Shown here in pieces: positions 9,560 to 18,693 of a DNA stretch of 64,000 nucleotides. A program made the position numbers and the translations under genes. Within the stretch, counting starts at the first letter, position 1, and each line of letters starts with the position of its first letter. The DNA is from Candidatus Yanofskybacteria bacterium (GTDB lineage Bacteria > Patescibacteriota > Minisyncoccia > 2-02-FULL-40-12 > IGHO2-12-FULL-4). Location: NCBI GenBank assembly GCA_016185525.1, contig JACPNK010000006.1:115440-179439 (forward strand), given 5' to 3'. The notes under the pieces are model-generated. The model made no database searches, was not told where the DNA came from, and worked only from the letters and a program-made list of their open reading frames with translations.

Positions 9560-10195
9560 TCATCTTCTGTTTTTGAACGCGTTTTGAAGAGTGATGGAGT
9601 CAACGTATTCCAGATAAGAACCGCTGGACAAACCTTTGGCCAGCCGGCTGGTTTTTATTTCCATCGGTTTCAGTATTTCTTCCAAGTATAAAGCGGTCGT
9701 CTCCCCTTGGGTGTTTGGGTTGGTGGCAAGAATAATCTCTAGTTCCTTGGTTTGTCCGGCTTGCGGTGAGTTCACTGAACCGTTTGTGTTATTTATTTTG
9801 AAATTTTCAACTCGCGACAAAAGTTCTTTTATTCGCAAGCTCCTTGGGAGCAAGCCTTCAACCGGATCTATGGCTCCGCCAAGGATATGGTACAGGCCGC
9901 GGTACAAGCCTGTTTTTTCTATTGAGCCGAGATCTGTAATTTTTTCCACTACGCATATTTTGGCTTGTTCTCTTTTGGGGTCGGAGCAAATTTGACATTT
10001 TGTTTCTTCGCTAAGGTTAAAACAGTCCTGGCACAGGCTGATACCTTCTGCTAAGTCCATAAGATTTTGGGAAAATTGTTTGACTTCTGTTTTCGGCCAG
10101 CTCAAAAGCGCAACGACAATTCTGGTTGCCTGCCTTGGTCCTATGCCTTGCAGTTTGGAAAAATATTCAACAGATTTTTTAAATTTGAGGGACAC
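9560..10195 (-). CDS. recR: recombination protein RecR
   Basis: HhH (KLQGIGPRQATR), C4 zinc finger (CQDC...CQIC), Toprim and C-terminal domains. The track ORF runs to a GTG at 10276 through a palindromic repeat; an internal GTG at 10195 gives the canonical RecR N-terminal length. Confidence 0.8.
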   Translation of the reverse strand: MSLKFKKSVEYFSKLQGIGPRQATRIVVALLSWPKTEVKQFSQNLMDLAEGISLCQDCFNLSEETKCQICSDPKREQAKICVVEKITDLGSIEKTGLYRGLYHILGGAIDPVEGLLPRSLRIKELLSRVENFKINNTNGSVNSPQAGQTKELEIILATNPNTQGETTALYLEEILKPMEIKTSRLAKGLSSGSYLEYVDSITLQNAFKNRR

Positions 10196-10211
10196 AGTAA
10201 AAAAGTAACTA

Positions 10212-10288
10212 CAGATTTGCGTGTATGCCTCTTTTTTGCGTCGGACTGTCGCCGCCGAACTGCAAAAGAGGCACACACGCCAAATCTG
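10212..10288. repeat. palindromic repeat element (family 2), copy 1
   Basis: ~24-bp near-perfect inverted stems enclose a core ttgcgtcggactgtcgccgccgaactgca; a second copy lies at 29548..29629. Confidence 0.8.
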
Positions 10289-10307
10289 TTATAATTTAAG
10301 CCGTTAT

Positions 10308-11669
10308 CTATATATTACGTGCTAAATTTTTAAATGATGTGCTGTCTTCATCAAAAAACAACTCGACAATTCCAGTAGGTCCGTTTCTGTGTTTTTCAAT
10401 CATAATTTCTGCTATGCCCTTTTTTTCTGATTCTTTTTTAATCTTGTCTTCCCGATAGATCAGCAAAACCACGTCGGCGTCTTGTTCAATACTGCCGGAA
10501 GACCTTAAGTCCGATAGTTTTGGCCTTTGATCTGTGCGCATTTCTGAACTTCTTGAAAGTTGGGAAATGGCCAAGATTGGTATGTTTAGCTCTTTGGCAA
10601 GGGCTTTTAAGTTTCTGGAAATTTCGGTGATTTGCTGGACCTCGCTGTCGATTGCCCGAGTCGGACGTATGAGTTGCAGATAGTCAACTACCAGCAAGCC
10701 TAAGCCGTGTTCGGCTTGAAGCCTTCGGGTCATTGCTCTCATCTGCAATATTGTGGGCGAGGGGATGTCTTCAATAAAAATCGGCGCTTGAGCGAGACGG
10801 TCAAGCGCGGCGGCGATCTTTTCAAAGTCGTTGCCGTCGCCTTCCGAGGAAAGTTTGCCGGTTCTCAATTTCCATAAATTGATATTGGCTTCGGAGGCAA
10901 TCAAGCGGTCAACGATTTGTTCTTTGGCCATTTCTATGCTGAATATTCCTACCGGGACTTTTTCATGCAAAGCGACATGTTTTACAATATCGAGAGCCAA
11001 GCTGGTTTTACCTAAGGACGGTCTGGCGGCCAAGACAATAAGGTCTGATTTCTGCAAACCGGCAAGATAGTTATCCAGGTCATAAAATCCGGTTGAGTAG
11101 CCTCTTAACTTTCCGTCGCCTTTGTGCAGGCGGTCCATTCTTTCAAAAGCCTCTTTTATCAGGGGGCCGCCAATATGGGCAAAAGAAGGTAGGCTTGATT
11201 TTTGAGAGATTGAAAAAAGTCTTTGTTCGGCTTGGTCTAAAATGTTTTCTATCTCTTCATCTTCCTGATAACCCAAACCAATTATGTGGTGGGCGGAATC
11301 AATCAGGTCGCGCAGGATTTTTTTTCTTTCCACAATTTTTGCGTAATGGATTATGTGGGAAGCGGTAGGCACGGAGTTGATTAGTGAAGTTAAATAACCG
11401 GCGCCGCCTATAGTTTCCAACTCTCCGGCTTCTTCCAGTTTGTTGGATAAGCTTAAAAGGTCAATCGGCTGTCTTTTGTCAAAAAGTTCTGACATGGCGG
11501 AAAAAACGATCTGGTGGGCTCGGCTGTAGAAATCTTCCGGCCGCAAGAAATCAGCAATTTTATTAATCGCTTCTTTGTCAATCAGAATGGAACCTAACGT
11601 TGACCTTTCGGCTTCTATGTTTTGCGGCGGTAAAGAATCTTTGGGAATCATAGCGCTCCAATTATACAA
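10308..11669 (-). CDS. dnaB: replicative DNA helicase DnaB
   Basis: N-terminal DnaB domain plus RecA-like domain with Walker A GKT (ARPSLGKTSLAL); no intein. Confidence 0.9.
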   Translation of the reverse strand: MYNWSAMIPKDSLPPQNIEAERSTLGSILIDKEAINKIADFLRPEDFYSRAHQIVFSAMSELFDKRQPIDLLSLSNKLEEAGELETIGGAGYLTSLINSVPTASHIIHYAKIVERKKILRDLIDSAHHIIGLGYQEDEEIENILDQAEQRLFSISQKSSLPSFAHIGGPLIKEAFERMDRLHKGDGKLRGYSTGFYDLDNYLAGLQKSDLIVLAARPSLGKTSLALDIVKHVALHEKVPVGIFSIEMAKEQIVDRLIASEANINLWKLRTGKLSSEGDGNDFEKIAAALDRLAQAPIFIEDIPSPTILQMRAMTRRLQAEHGLGLLVVDYLQLIRPTRAIDSEVQQITEISRNLKALAKELNIPILAISQLSRSSEMRTDQRPKLSDLRSSGSIEQDADVVLLIYREDKIKKESEKKGIAEIMIEKHRNGPTGIVELFFDEDSTSFKNLARNI

Positions 11670-11725
11670 AAAAAATTCCCGGCAAGGAACTTTTCGGTTG
11701 ATAAGGTGTGGAAGTCTATTAAAAA

Positions 11726-13117
11726 CTATCTTGGTTTGACCAAGGGTCCATGCTCCGTGTCTTCTATTTGGTAGCCTTTTGAACTTATTTGCCGGCGCAG
11801 GTCGTCGGCTTCGGAGTAGCGCTTGTCTCGTCGCAGTTTCTCGCGCGTATCAATCATATCCAAGATCTCATTCGGGGTCTTTTTTGTTTTTCTGGGGATT
11901 ATGCCCAAAATGTTGTTGAACTCTTCAAAAAGTTTTTTTATTTTTTTGGCTGATTTTTTATCAACTTTATTTTCAGCCAACAATGGATTTAACTCTTTTA
12001 TCATTTTAAAAATAGCGGCAATGGCTTGAGGAGTGTTAAAATCGTCGTCCATAGCTTCCAAGAATTCCTTCCTTGTTTCAAGCAAGATTTCCCCTGCGCC
12101 ACTGAGAAGTTGAACTTCTAAGCGGCGGATATTTGATAATTTGCGCAGAAATTCTTCGATTCTTTGGATACCGGCCCAAGAAGATTTTATCGCTTCTTCG
12201 CGATAATCAATAGGCGAACGGTAGTGAGTGGACAAAACAAGAAAACGCAAAGCCTCTGCGGAATATTTTTTAAGAGTGTCTCTGATGGTTATAAAGTTGC
12301 CAAGAGATTTGGACATTTTCTGGCCGTTGATAGTCAGAAAACCGGTGTGGAGCCAATACTTTACAAAAGGTTTCTTGCCGGAAATTGACTCCATTTGGGC
12401 TATTTCCGCTTCGTGGTGAGGGAAAATTAAATCTCTGGCTCCGCCGTGCAGATCGTACTGCTCCCCGAAATGCTTTTCGGTAATTGCCGTGTCTTCAATG
12501 TGCCAGCCGGGCCGCCCTTCTCCCAGTTCTGTTTTCCATTTTGGTTCTCCCGGTTTTGAAAACTTCCACAAGTTAAAATCGCCCTTGTTCTTTTTATTGA
12601 CGCTTTCGTCTATGCGACTTACGGCATCTTCCGCGCTTTCGGTTGTGCGACCGGAAAGCTTGCCATATTCCGGAAATTTTTTTAAGTCAAAGTAAAAACC
12701 GTCACTAGGAATTTCGTAAGCAAAGCCTTTTTCCTTCAGCCTTTTAACTTGCGATACGATTTGTTTGATATACTTTGTCGCCGGAGCGTATTTATAGACA
12801 CTGGTAATGCCAAGCGATTTTACATCTTGGTAGTAAGCTTTTTCAAATTCTTTAGCCAGAGTCAGCGGTTCTTTGTTTTCCTGTTTGGCTTTCGCGATTA
12901 TTTTATCTTCTATGTCGGTAATGTTCTGCAGGTATTTAACCCTGTAGCCTTTGTATTTGAGGTATTTGGCGATGACGTCAAAAGAAATATAAGTACGCGC
13001 GTGGCCGATATGCGAGTAATCATAAACCGTCGGTCCGCAGACAAACATATTCACCTTTTTGCCTTGGCGCGGCACAAATTCTTCTTTTTGTCTGGTTAGA
13101 GAATTATAGATTTGCAT
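11726..13117 (-). CDS. cysS: cysteinyl-tRNA synthetase
   Basis: HIGH (HIGHARTY) and KMSKS motifs with class I CysRS architecture. Confidence 0.9.
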   Translation of the reverse strand: MQIYNSLTRQKEEFVPRQGKKVNMFVCGPTVYDYSHIGHARTYISFDVIAKYLKYKGYRVKYLQNITDIEDKIIAKAKQENKEPLTLAKEFEKAYYQDVKSLGITSVYKYAPATKYIKQIVSQVKRLKEKGFAYEIPSDGFYFDLKKFPEYGKLSGRTTESAEDAVSRIDESVNKKNKGDFNLWKFSKPGEPKWKTELGEGRPGWHIEDTAITEKHFGEQYDLHGGARDLIFPHHEAEIAQMESISGKKPFVKYWLHTGFLTINGQKMSKSLGNFITIRDTLKKYSAEALRFLVLSTHYRSPIDYREEAIKSSWAGIQRIEEFLRKLSNIRRLEVQLLSGAGEILLETRKEFLEAMDDDFNTPQAIAAIFKMIKELNPLLAENKVDKKSAKKIKKLFEEFNNILGIIPRKTKKTPNEILDMIDTREKLRRDKRYSEADDLRRQISSKGYQIEDTEHGPLVKPR

Positions 13118-13359
13118 GATTTATTATATCTCCTTTAGTTTTTTTTGGAAAACACTATAGCAACCGAGAGTGAATTTAACAGTGTATCTTCCGAACCGCT
13201 CCATTTGTTTGTTTTCCTTCTGTAAGCCACCTTATTTTAATAGACTACAACAGCCTTATTGTCAAGAAGAGATGGGTGAATTCTCACTCTAACCGCATGA
13301 CTAAAAGAGTCAAAGCGATAAGAAGAATTTTTTTCGAGTTCAATATCGGCATCGGGACG

Positions 13360-14280
13360 TCAAATCCACTTTTTCACTTTAAAAATCATCAACATAACAA
13401 AGGTTCCGACACCCATCATGCCGATCAGAATCCAAAAATCCTGCTGGTGGCCCACCAAAGGCATGTTTTCAACGTTCATGCCCCAAATTGAAGCAAAAAG
13501 AGTCAAGGGAAAGACAATGACTGAAAACATAGTTAAAACCTTCATGATGTTGGACATCTTGTTTGAAAGAATGGATGCGTTGGTTTCGTGCAGTACCAGC
13601 AGAGTTTCAGTTTGGCTTTCAATCAGGCTTATGAGCCGGCTGTTGACGGTGTGAAGCTCGTGAAAGTAGGGGGCAATGTCTTCTCCGAAAAACTCTGAAG
13701 GGTTTTCCTTGATCTCCTCCAATATTTTAACATTTGGACCAACGATTCTTTTAAAATCAATGGCTTCTCTGCGGTATAAGGAAATTTCTGAAACCAGCTC
13801 TTCTTGTTTGCCCTTGAATATTTTGTGCTCCAACTCATCAACCTTTTTGATAATGTGGTCAAGCTGGGGGAAAAGAGACCGGAAAAGGTGGGTTAAGATT
13901 TTATATAGAAGAAAGTTGGTATTGCTTTTGAAAAATTCGTCACGGAGGGGTTCTTCAACGGAGAGTTCTTTTACCAGAGTTTCAAGGGCGTCAAAGTCGT
14001 TGTATTGGAAAAAAACCAGTTCGTCTTTTGTGATAATAAAGTCAATCTCACTTGCTTTTACTTCTTTTCCGGAGCGGTCAAACTGTGGGAAGCGGACAAT
14101 CAAAAGAGTGTGGCTTTGGTAGTTTTCAACTTTGGGATGGAAGGTGGGGTGGGCCAGCTCGTCAACGACCAAAGGATGAAAATTATAGTTGCTCTTTAAA
14201 AAATCTATTTCTTTTTCTCTGGGCTTTTTAAATGCCGTCAGAGTAATATTGTTGTGGCTGATTTTTTGCATATACCACAT
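13360..14280 (-). CDS. corA: magnesium/cobalt transporter CorA
   Basis: C-terminal two TM helices with a GMN motif (WGMNVENMP). Confidence 0.85.
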   Translation of the reverse strand: MWYMQKISHNNITLTAFKKPREKEIDFLKSNYNFHPLVVDELAHPTFHPKVENYQSHTLLIVRFPQFDRSGKEVKASEIDFIITKDELVFFQYNDFDALETLVKELSVEEPLRDEFFKSNTNFLLYKILTHLFRSLFPQLDHIIKKVDELEHKIFKGKQEELVSEISLYRREAIDFKRIVGPNVKILEEIKENPSEFFGEDIAPYFHELHTVNSRLISLIESQTETLLVLHETNASILSNKMSNIMKVLTMFSVIVFPLTLFASIWGMNVENMPLVGHQQDFWILIGMMGVGTFVMLMIFKVKKWI

Positions 14281-14331
14281 TGTATCAAAAAAAAGTTAAG
14301 ACAAAAACATGGCCTGTTGTTTTATGAACAG

Positions 14332-14358
14332 TTAGCACTCTTGACACGAGAGTGCTAA
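14332..14358 (+). promoter_or_regulatory. CIRCE operator (HrcA binding site)
   Basis: TTAGCACTC-N9-GAGTGCTAA perfect inverted repeat 20 nt upstream of hrcA. Confidence 0.9.
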
Positions 14359-14377
14359 CTGCTAAAATGGAAACAAT

Positions 14378-15121
14378 ATGACGGACAGGCAGAAACAAAT
14401 TTTAGAGGAGCTGATCAGGGAGTATGTGAAAGGCGCTGAACCCGTCAGCTCTAATTTTTTGGCAGGAAAATGTGCCCGCCTGCCGGACGGGCAGGGTTTT
14501 GACTGCAGTCCAGCGACAATAAGGGCGGAGATGTTAAATTTGGAAAAGGAGGGTTTTCTTGCCCAGCCACACACTTCAGCCGGCCGTATTCCGACCGATA
14601 AGGCCTACAGATATTTTGTTGATTATCTTTTGAAGGAGAAAGAAGAGATTTTGCCGGAGAAAGATCGTAAAGCGATAGACAAAACTATTTCTTCTGCCTC
14701 GCGCGATCCGCATGCTTTAAGTTCCGGTTTGGCCAAGACTATGGCCGGTCTAACTGACGATTTTGTAATTAGCGGCATTCCTGATACGGGGGAGTTTTTC
14801 CGTGTTGGTTTTTCCAATATCTTTGAGTTGCCTGAATTTCAGGAAACAGAAGATGTGCTTGGACTGGGAAATATGTTTGATGAATTTGAAAACTATTTTG
14901 AATCATTTTTTGATAAGATAGAAAGAAATGAACTGCTCGTTTCTATAGGCAGAGAGAATCCGACCGGCGAAGTAAGCAACGAGACGGTAATTATCGCCAG
15001 CTATCCGTTGCCTATGGGTTATGAGGGCATATCGGCTGTAATCGGTCCAATGAGAATGGCTTACGACAGAAATATGGCCTTATTAAAATATGTAGCAAAA
15101 AGGATGAACCAATTAAGATAA
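14378..15121 (+). CDS. hrcA: heat-inducible transcription repressor HrcA (short form)
   Basis: N-terminus matches HrcA (EPVSS, SPATIR, EKEGFLAQPHTSAGRIPT). Confidence 0.85.
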   Translation: MTDRQKQILEELIREYVKGAEPVSSNFLAGKCARLPDGQGFDCSPATIRAEMLNLEKEGFLAQPHTSAGRIPTDKAYRYFVDYLLKEKEEILPEKDRKAIDKTISSASRDPHALSSGLAKTMAGLTDDFVISGIPDTGEFFRVGFSNIFELPEFQETEDVLGLGNMFDEFENYFESFFDKIERNELLVSIGRENPTGEVSNETVIIASYPLPMGYEGISAVIGPMRMAYDRNMALLKYVAKRMNQLR

Positions 15122-15172
15122 CTGTTACAAGTTGTAGGTTATAGGTTTTATGTCTCCCAGAAAATATAAAAA

Positions 15173-15200
15173 ACTTATAACTTATAACTTATAACTTATA
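15173..15200 (+). repeat. perfect heptanucleotide tandem repeat (acttata)x4 abutting the clpC start codon
   Basis: Four exact 7-mers end 3 nt before the ATG at 15204; degenerate inverted copies (aggttat) lie at 15137-15150. Confidence 0.9.
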
Positions 15201-15203
15201 ACA

Positions 15204-17882
15204 ATGTTGTGCGATATTTGCAAAAAAAATCAGGCAACCGGCAGAGTAACGGTCATCAAGAACGGCGCCAGAGAAGTCAAAAACATCTGCCGGCAGTGTT
15301 CGCAAAATTCTTCCGGCTTGGGCGGTTTTAACAGAGGCGGCCGGTCTTCTTCTTACGGCGGCGGTCTCAATGATATTTTTGGGGGTCTTTTGGGTGATAT
15401 ATTCGGACAAGGCGAGGGTCTTGGCGCTCAAGATTTAAATCTGCCGGGTTGGGGCGGGCAGGGACCGTCGGAGGAAAGGATAGACTTTAACGATTATCTT
15501 TCTGACGAAGCCAGTCGGGTTTTGGACAGAGCCGCAAAATTCGCCCAAGACAGTAAAAACCCGGTTGTTGATACCGAGCATCTTTTGCACAGTCTTTTGC
15601 AATCCGAGACCGTTGCTGGTATTTTGAAACAACTTAAAATTGAAACCAGGGACATAGAGAAGGAACTGAAAGAAAACATCGTTTTGGGCAAAGAAAGACC
15701 GGAAGAGCTAGAGTATTCACCGCGCTTAAAAAGGATTTTTGATCTTTCTTTGGATGAGGCCAGGGCACTTAATCATAATTATATCGGTCCGGAACACTTG
15801 GCGCTTGCTTTAGTTAAAGAAGGCGAAGGCGTGGCCAGCCAGGTTTTGAAGAAGTTTGGGTTAGTTGATGCCGGTGTTTTGAGGCAAAAAGTTATTAAAA
15901 AAGTAGGCAGGGGAAACGCGGAGAGCGTAATCAAAATGAACACTCCGACTCTGGACAAATTTTCCAGAGATCTGACCCAGCTTGCCAGAGAGGGCAAGTT
16001 GGATCCGGTTATAGGCAGGTCAAAAGAGATTGAAACAGCCGTGGAAATTTTATCCCGTAGAACAAAAAATAATCCGGTATTAATCGGTGAGCCGGGAGTG
16101 GGTAAAACAGCCATTGTTGAGGGGCTGGCGCAAAGGATTGTCGCCGGCAATGTTCCGGAGTCGTTATTCGGCAAAAGAGTGGTTGAACTGGACTTGGCGG
16201 CTATTTTATCCGGCACCCGTTTCCGAGGCGATATGGAAGAACGGTTAAAAATGATTATTGACGAAATTAAAGACAACAAAGACAAACTGGTTACTTTTAT
16301 TGACGAGATACATCTTTTGGTCGGTATAGGTTCAGGTGGGGAATCAAGCATGGATGCGGCAAATATTTTTAAACCATCTTTGGCTCGTGGCGAACTGCAC
16401 GTTATGGGGGCGACGACTTTGAAAGAGTACAAAAAATATATTGAAAAAGATCAGGCTTTGGAAAGGCGTTTCCAGCCGATTACTGTGCCGGAACCTACGG
16501 TAGAGCAGACAATAGAAATTCTTAGGGGTTTGCGCGACAGATACGAATCGCATCACCGGATTAAAATTTTAGATGAGTCTTTGGTTGCCGCCGCCGAACT
16601 TTCTAACAGGTATATCACTTCCAGATTTTTACCCGATAAGGCTATTGATTTAATGGACCAGGCGGCCGCTCGGGTCAGAATACAATCTACCGTGGAACCG
16701 GATGAAGTCAGGGGAATGGATGAAAAAATCCACTCCTTAAAAAAGGAACTGGAGGCGGTTCAGCGTTCAAAGAAAACCAAAGAATTTGAAGCGATAAAAA
16801 AGGAAATCTCCGATCTTGATAAAAAAAGAGAGAGTTCTTTTGACAAGTGGCAGGAGCAGAAAGCCAGGACAATACCGGAGGTTAACGCTAAGTCAATCGC
16901 AGAAGTGGTATCCAGGCTGACTGGCGTACCGGTCAGCGACTTAACCGAAGAGGAAAGAGAAAAACTTTTAAATCTTGAGAAAAAACTGGGCTCCAGGGTA
17001 ATTGGCCAAGGGGAAGCTATTGAAGCGGTCTCGCAGGCAATAAGGCGTTCCAGAGCGGGTCTAGGCGATCCAAACAGGCCTATTTCCTCATTCCTTTTCT
17101 TGGGGCCGACCGGAGTCGGTAAAACTGAACTTTCCCGTTCTTTGGCTTTTGTCTTGTTTGGCGATCAGGAAGCGATGATCAGACTGGACATGTCCGAATA
17201 TATGGAGAGGCACAACGTTGCTCGGCTGGTAGGCGCGCCTCCGGGGTATGTCGGCTACGAGGAAGGCGGACAACTGACCGAAGCGGTGCGCCGCCGTCCG
17301 CACTCAATAATTCTTTTGGATGAAATTGAAAAAGCACATCCGGATGTTTTTAATATTCTGCTCCAGGTTTTAGAGGATGGCCGTCTGACAGACGGTCAAG
17401 GACGTTTGGTTGATTTTTCAAATACCGTGATAATCGCCACCAGCAATATCGGTTTTGAGCTGATTCAGCACGAATTTGACAAAGAAGAAAAAAAGAGAAT
17501 GCCTTACGAAGAGTTAAGAACAAAAATTAAAGAAGAACTCAAGCATCATTTCAGGCCGGAGTTTCTTAATCGCATAGACGAAATAATTGTTTTCAGAAGT
17601 TTGTCAAAAGAACAGATAGGCCAGATTGTTAAATTACAGCTGGTTTTCCTGAAGGCCAAATTAAACCACTCCGGTTTTGGTTTGGAAGTAAGCCAGCCGG
17701 CTGTTGATGCCATTGTTGAAAAAGGTTACGACCCGCATTTTGGGGCAAGAGAACTAAGGCGGATTATTCAAAGAGAGGTTGAAAATAGGATTTCCGACAT
17801 GATACTTAAAGATAGACCCAAGAAGGGTTCGGTCGTAGATGTGGATTTTAAAAACAAAGAGTTTGTTCTATCATTGAAGTAA
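15204..17882 (+). CDS. clpC: ClpC/ClpB-type double AAA+ chaperone with N-terminal ClpX-like C4 zinc-binding domain
   Basis: N-terminal C-x2-C-x19-C-x2-C, a Gly-rich linker, two Clp_N repeats, two Walker A/B AAA modules, a short middle domain and a VGYEEGG motif. Confidence 0.85.
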   Translation: MLCDICKKNQATGRVTVIKNGAREVKNICRQCSQNSSGLGGFNRGGRSSSYGGGLNDIFGGLLGDIFGQGEGLGAQDLNLPGWGGQGPSEERIDFNDYLSDEASRVLDRAAKFAQDSKNPVVDTEHLLHSLLQSETVAGILKQLKIETRDIEKELKENIVLGKERPEELEYSPRLKRIFDLSLDEARALNHNYIGPEHLALALVKEGEGVASQVLKKFGLVDAGVLRQKVIKKVGRGNAESVIKMNTPTLDKFSRDLTQLAREGKLDPVIGRSKEIETAVEILSRRTKNNPVLIGEPGVGKTAIVEGLAQRIVAGNVPESLFGKRVVELDLAAILSGTRFRGDMEERLKMIIDEIKDNKDKLVTFIDEIHLLVGIGSGGESSMDAANIFKPSLARGELHVMGATTLKEYKKYIEKDQALERRFQPITVPEPTVEQTIEILRGLRDRYESHHRIKILDESLVAAAELSNRYITSRFLPDKAIDLMDQAAARVRIQSTVEPDEVRGMDEKIHSLKKELEAVQRSKKTKEFEAIKKEISDLDKKRESSFDKWQEQKARTIPEVNAKSIAEVVSRLTGVPVSDLTEEEREKLLNLEKKLGSRVIGQGEAIEAVSQAIRRSRAGLGDPNRPISSFLFLGPTGVGKTELSRSLAFVLFGDQEAMIRLDMSEYMERHNVARLVGAPPGYVGYEEGGQLTEAVRRRPHSIILLDEIEKAHPDVFNILLQVLEDGRLTDGQGRLVDFSNTVIIATSNIGFELIQHEFDKEEKKRMPYEELRTKIKEELKHHFRPEFLNRIDEIIVFRSLSKEQIGQIVKLQLVFLKAKLNHSGFGLEVSQPAVDAIVEKGYDPHFGARELRRIIQREVENRISDMILKDRPKKGSVVDVDFKNKEFVLSLK

Positions 17883-17904
17883 GAGTTTCCGTATATAACA
17901 CTTA

Positions 17905-18678
17905 ATGACTAAGAAAATTTTATTGGCCGGAACCACTTGCGCTCTTTCTTTATTTTTTTGGCTTAAGGCAAAACCGTGGATTGCCGATCCTCTGCGTTTT
18001 CAGGAGGTTGATGTCTGGCTTTGGCCGGTAGTTATGCTGATTGCTTACACTGCTTTGCTGGCTTTATCGCTTTTGCTTTTGCCGAAGCTTTATAAACTTC
18101 TTGCCATTTTTTTTAATCTCGCTATTTTTCTGATATTTTTTGGTGTAGATCAGGTTATTTTGGCGGGTGCTGGTTTGGCATTCTTGATTCAGTTATCGGC
18201 TGTCAAGGCGGTGCAAAACGCCGGCGAGAACTCCTTGCGCTTTAAATTTGTTCCAGCTTTAAAATCCGGAATTTCCAGACTGTTGACGAGCGTTTTTATT
18301 CTGATTTCTTTTGCTTACTTTTTAAGTCCCGGTGTTCAGGCTTCGGCGCAAAACAAGGAACTGCCGCAGGGCATAAGAAAAACCATCCAAATTGTGGTCG
18401 GCAACTACATTGGTGAAAATCTTGAAATCCAAAATCCGCGCCTGAAAGCTGAAACCAACAACTATATCATCAGCCAAGTTACAACTTTTTTACAGCCATA
18501 TTTTAAATTTTTGCCGCCCATCTTGGCTTTTGGTTTGTTTTTAATTTTGCAAGGCATAAGTGTAGTTTTTGTCTGGCTGGCGGTTCTGTTGGCTTTTATT
18601 GTTTTTTGGATTCTGAAAATGCGTGGTTTGGTTAAAATTGAAAAAAAACCAATGGAGGCCGAGATCATCAACTTTTAA
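17905..18678 (+). CDS. polytopic membrane protein (hypothetical)
   Basis: 257 aa with ~6 TM helices. Confidence 0.5.
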   Translation: MTKKILLAGTTCALSLFFWLKAKPWIADPLRFQEVDVWLWPVVMLIAYTALLALSLLLLPKLYKLLAIFFNLAIFLIFFGVDQVILAGAGLAFLIQLSAVKAVQNAGENSLRFKFVPALKSGISRLLTSVFILISFAYFLSPGVQASAQNKELPQGIRKTIQIVVGNYIGENLEIQNPRLKAETNNYIISQVTTFLQPYFKFLPPILAFGLFLILQGISVVFVWLAVLLAFIVFWILKMRGLVKIEKKPMEAEIINF

Positions 18679-18693
18679 CAGCCATATTAAATT

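Noticed and set aside
10195-10276. N-terminal 27-aa extension of RecR from the GTG start at 10276
   Set aside because: The extension is encoded entirely by the palindromic repeat and has no counterpart in RecR proteins. The internal GTG at 10195 restores the canonical distance to the HhH motif. It is kept only as an alternative.
10308-11669. Possible intein in DnaB (common in CPR and other compact genomes)
   Set aside because: DnaB is 453 aa and collinear with canonical DnaB. No insertion is present.
13118-13359. T-box leader upstream of cysS
   Set aside because: The 240-nt leader has a plausible promoter and RBS. No AGGGTGGNACCGCG T-box sequence or specifier-loop architecture could be identified by eye.
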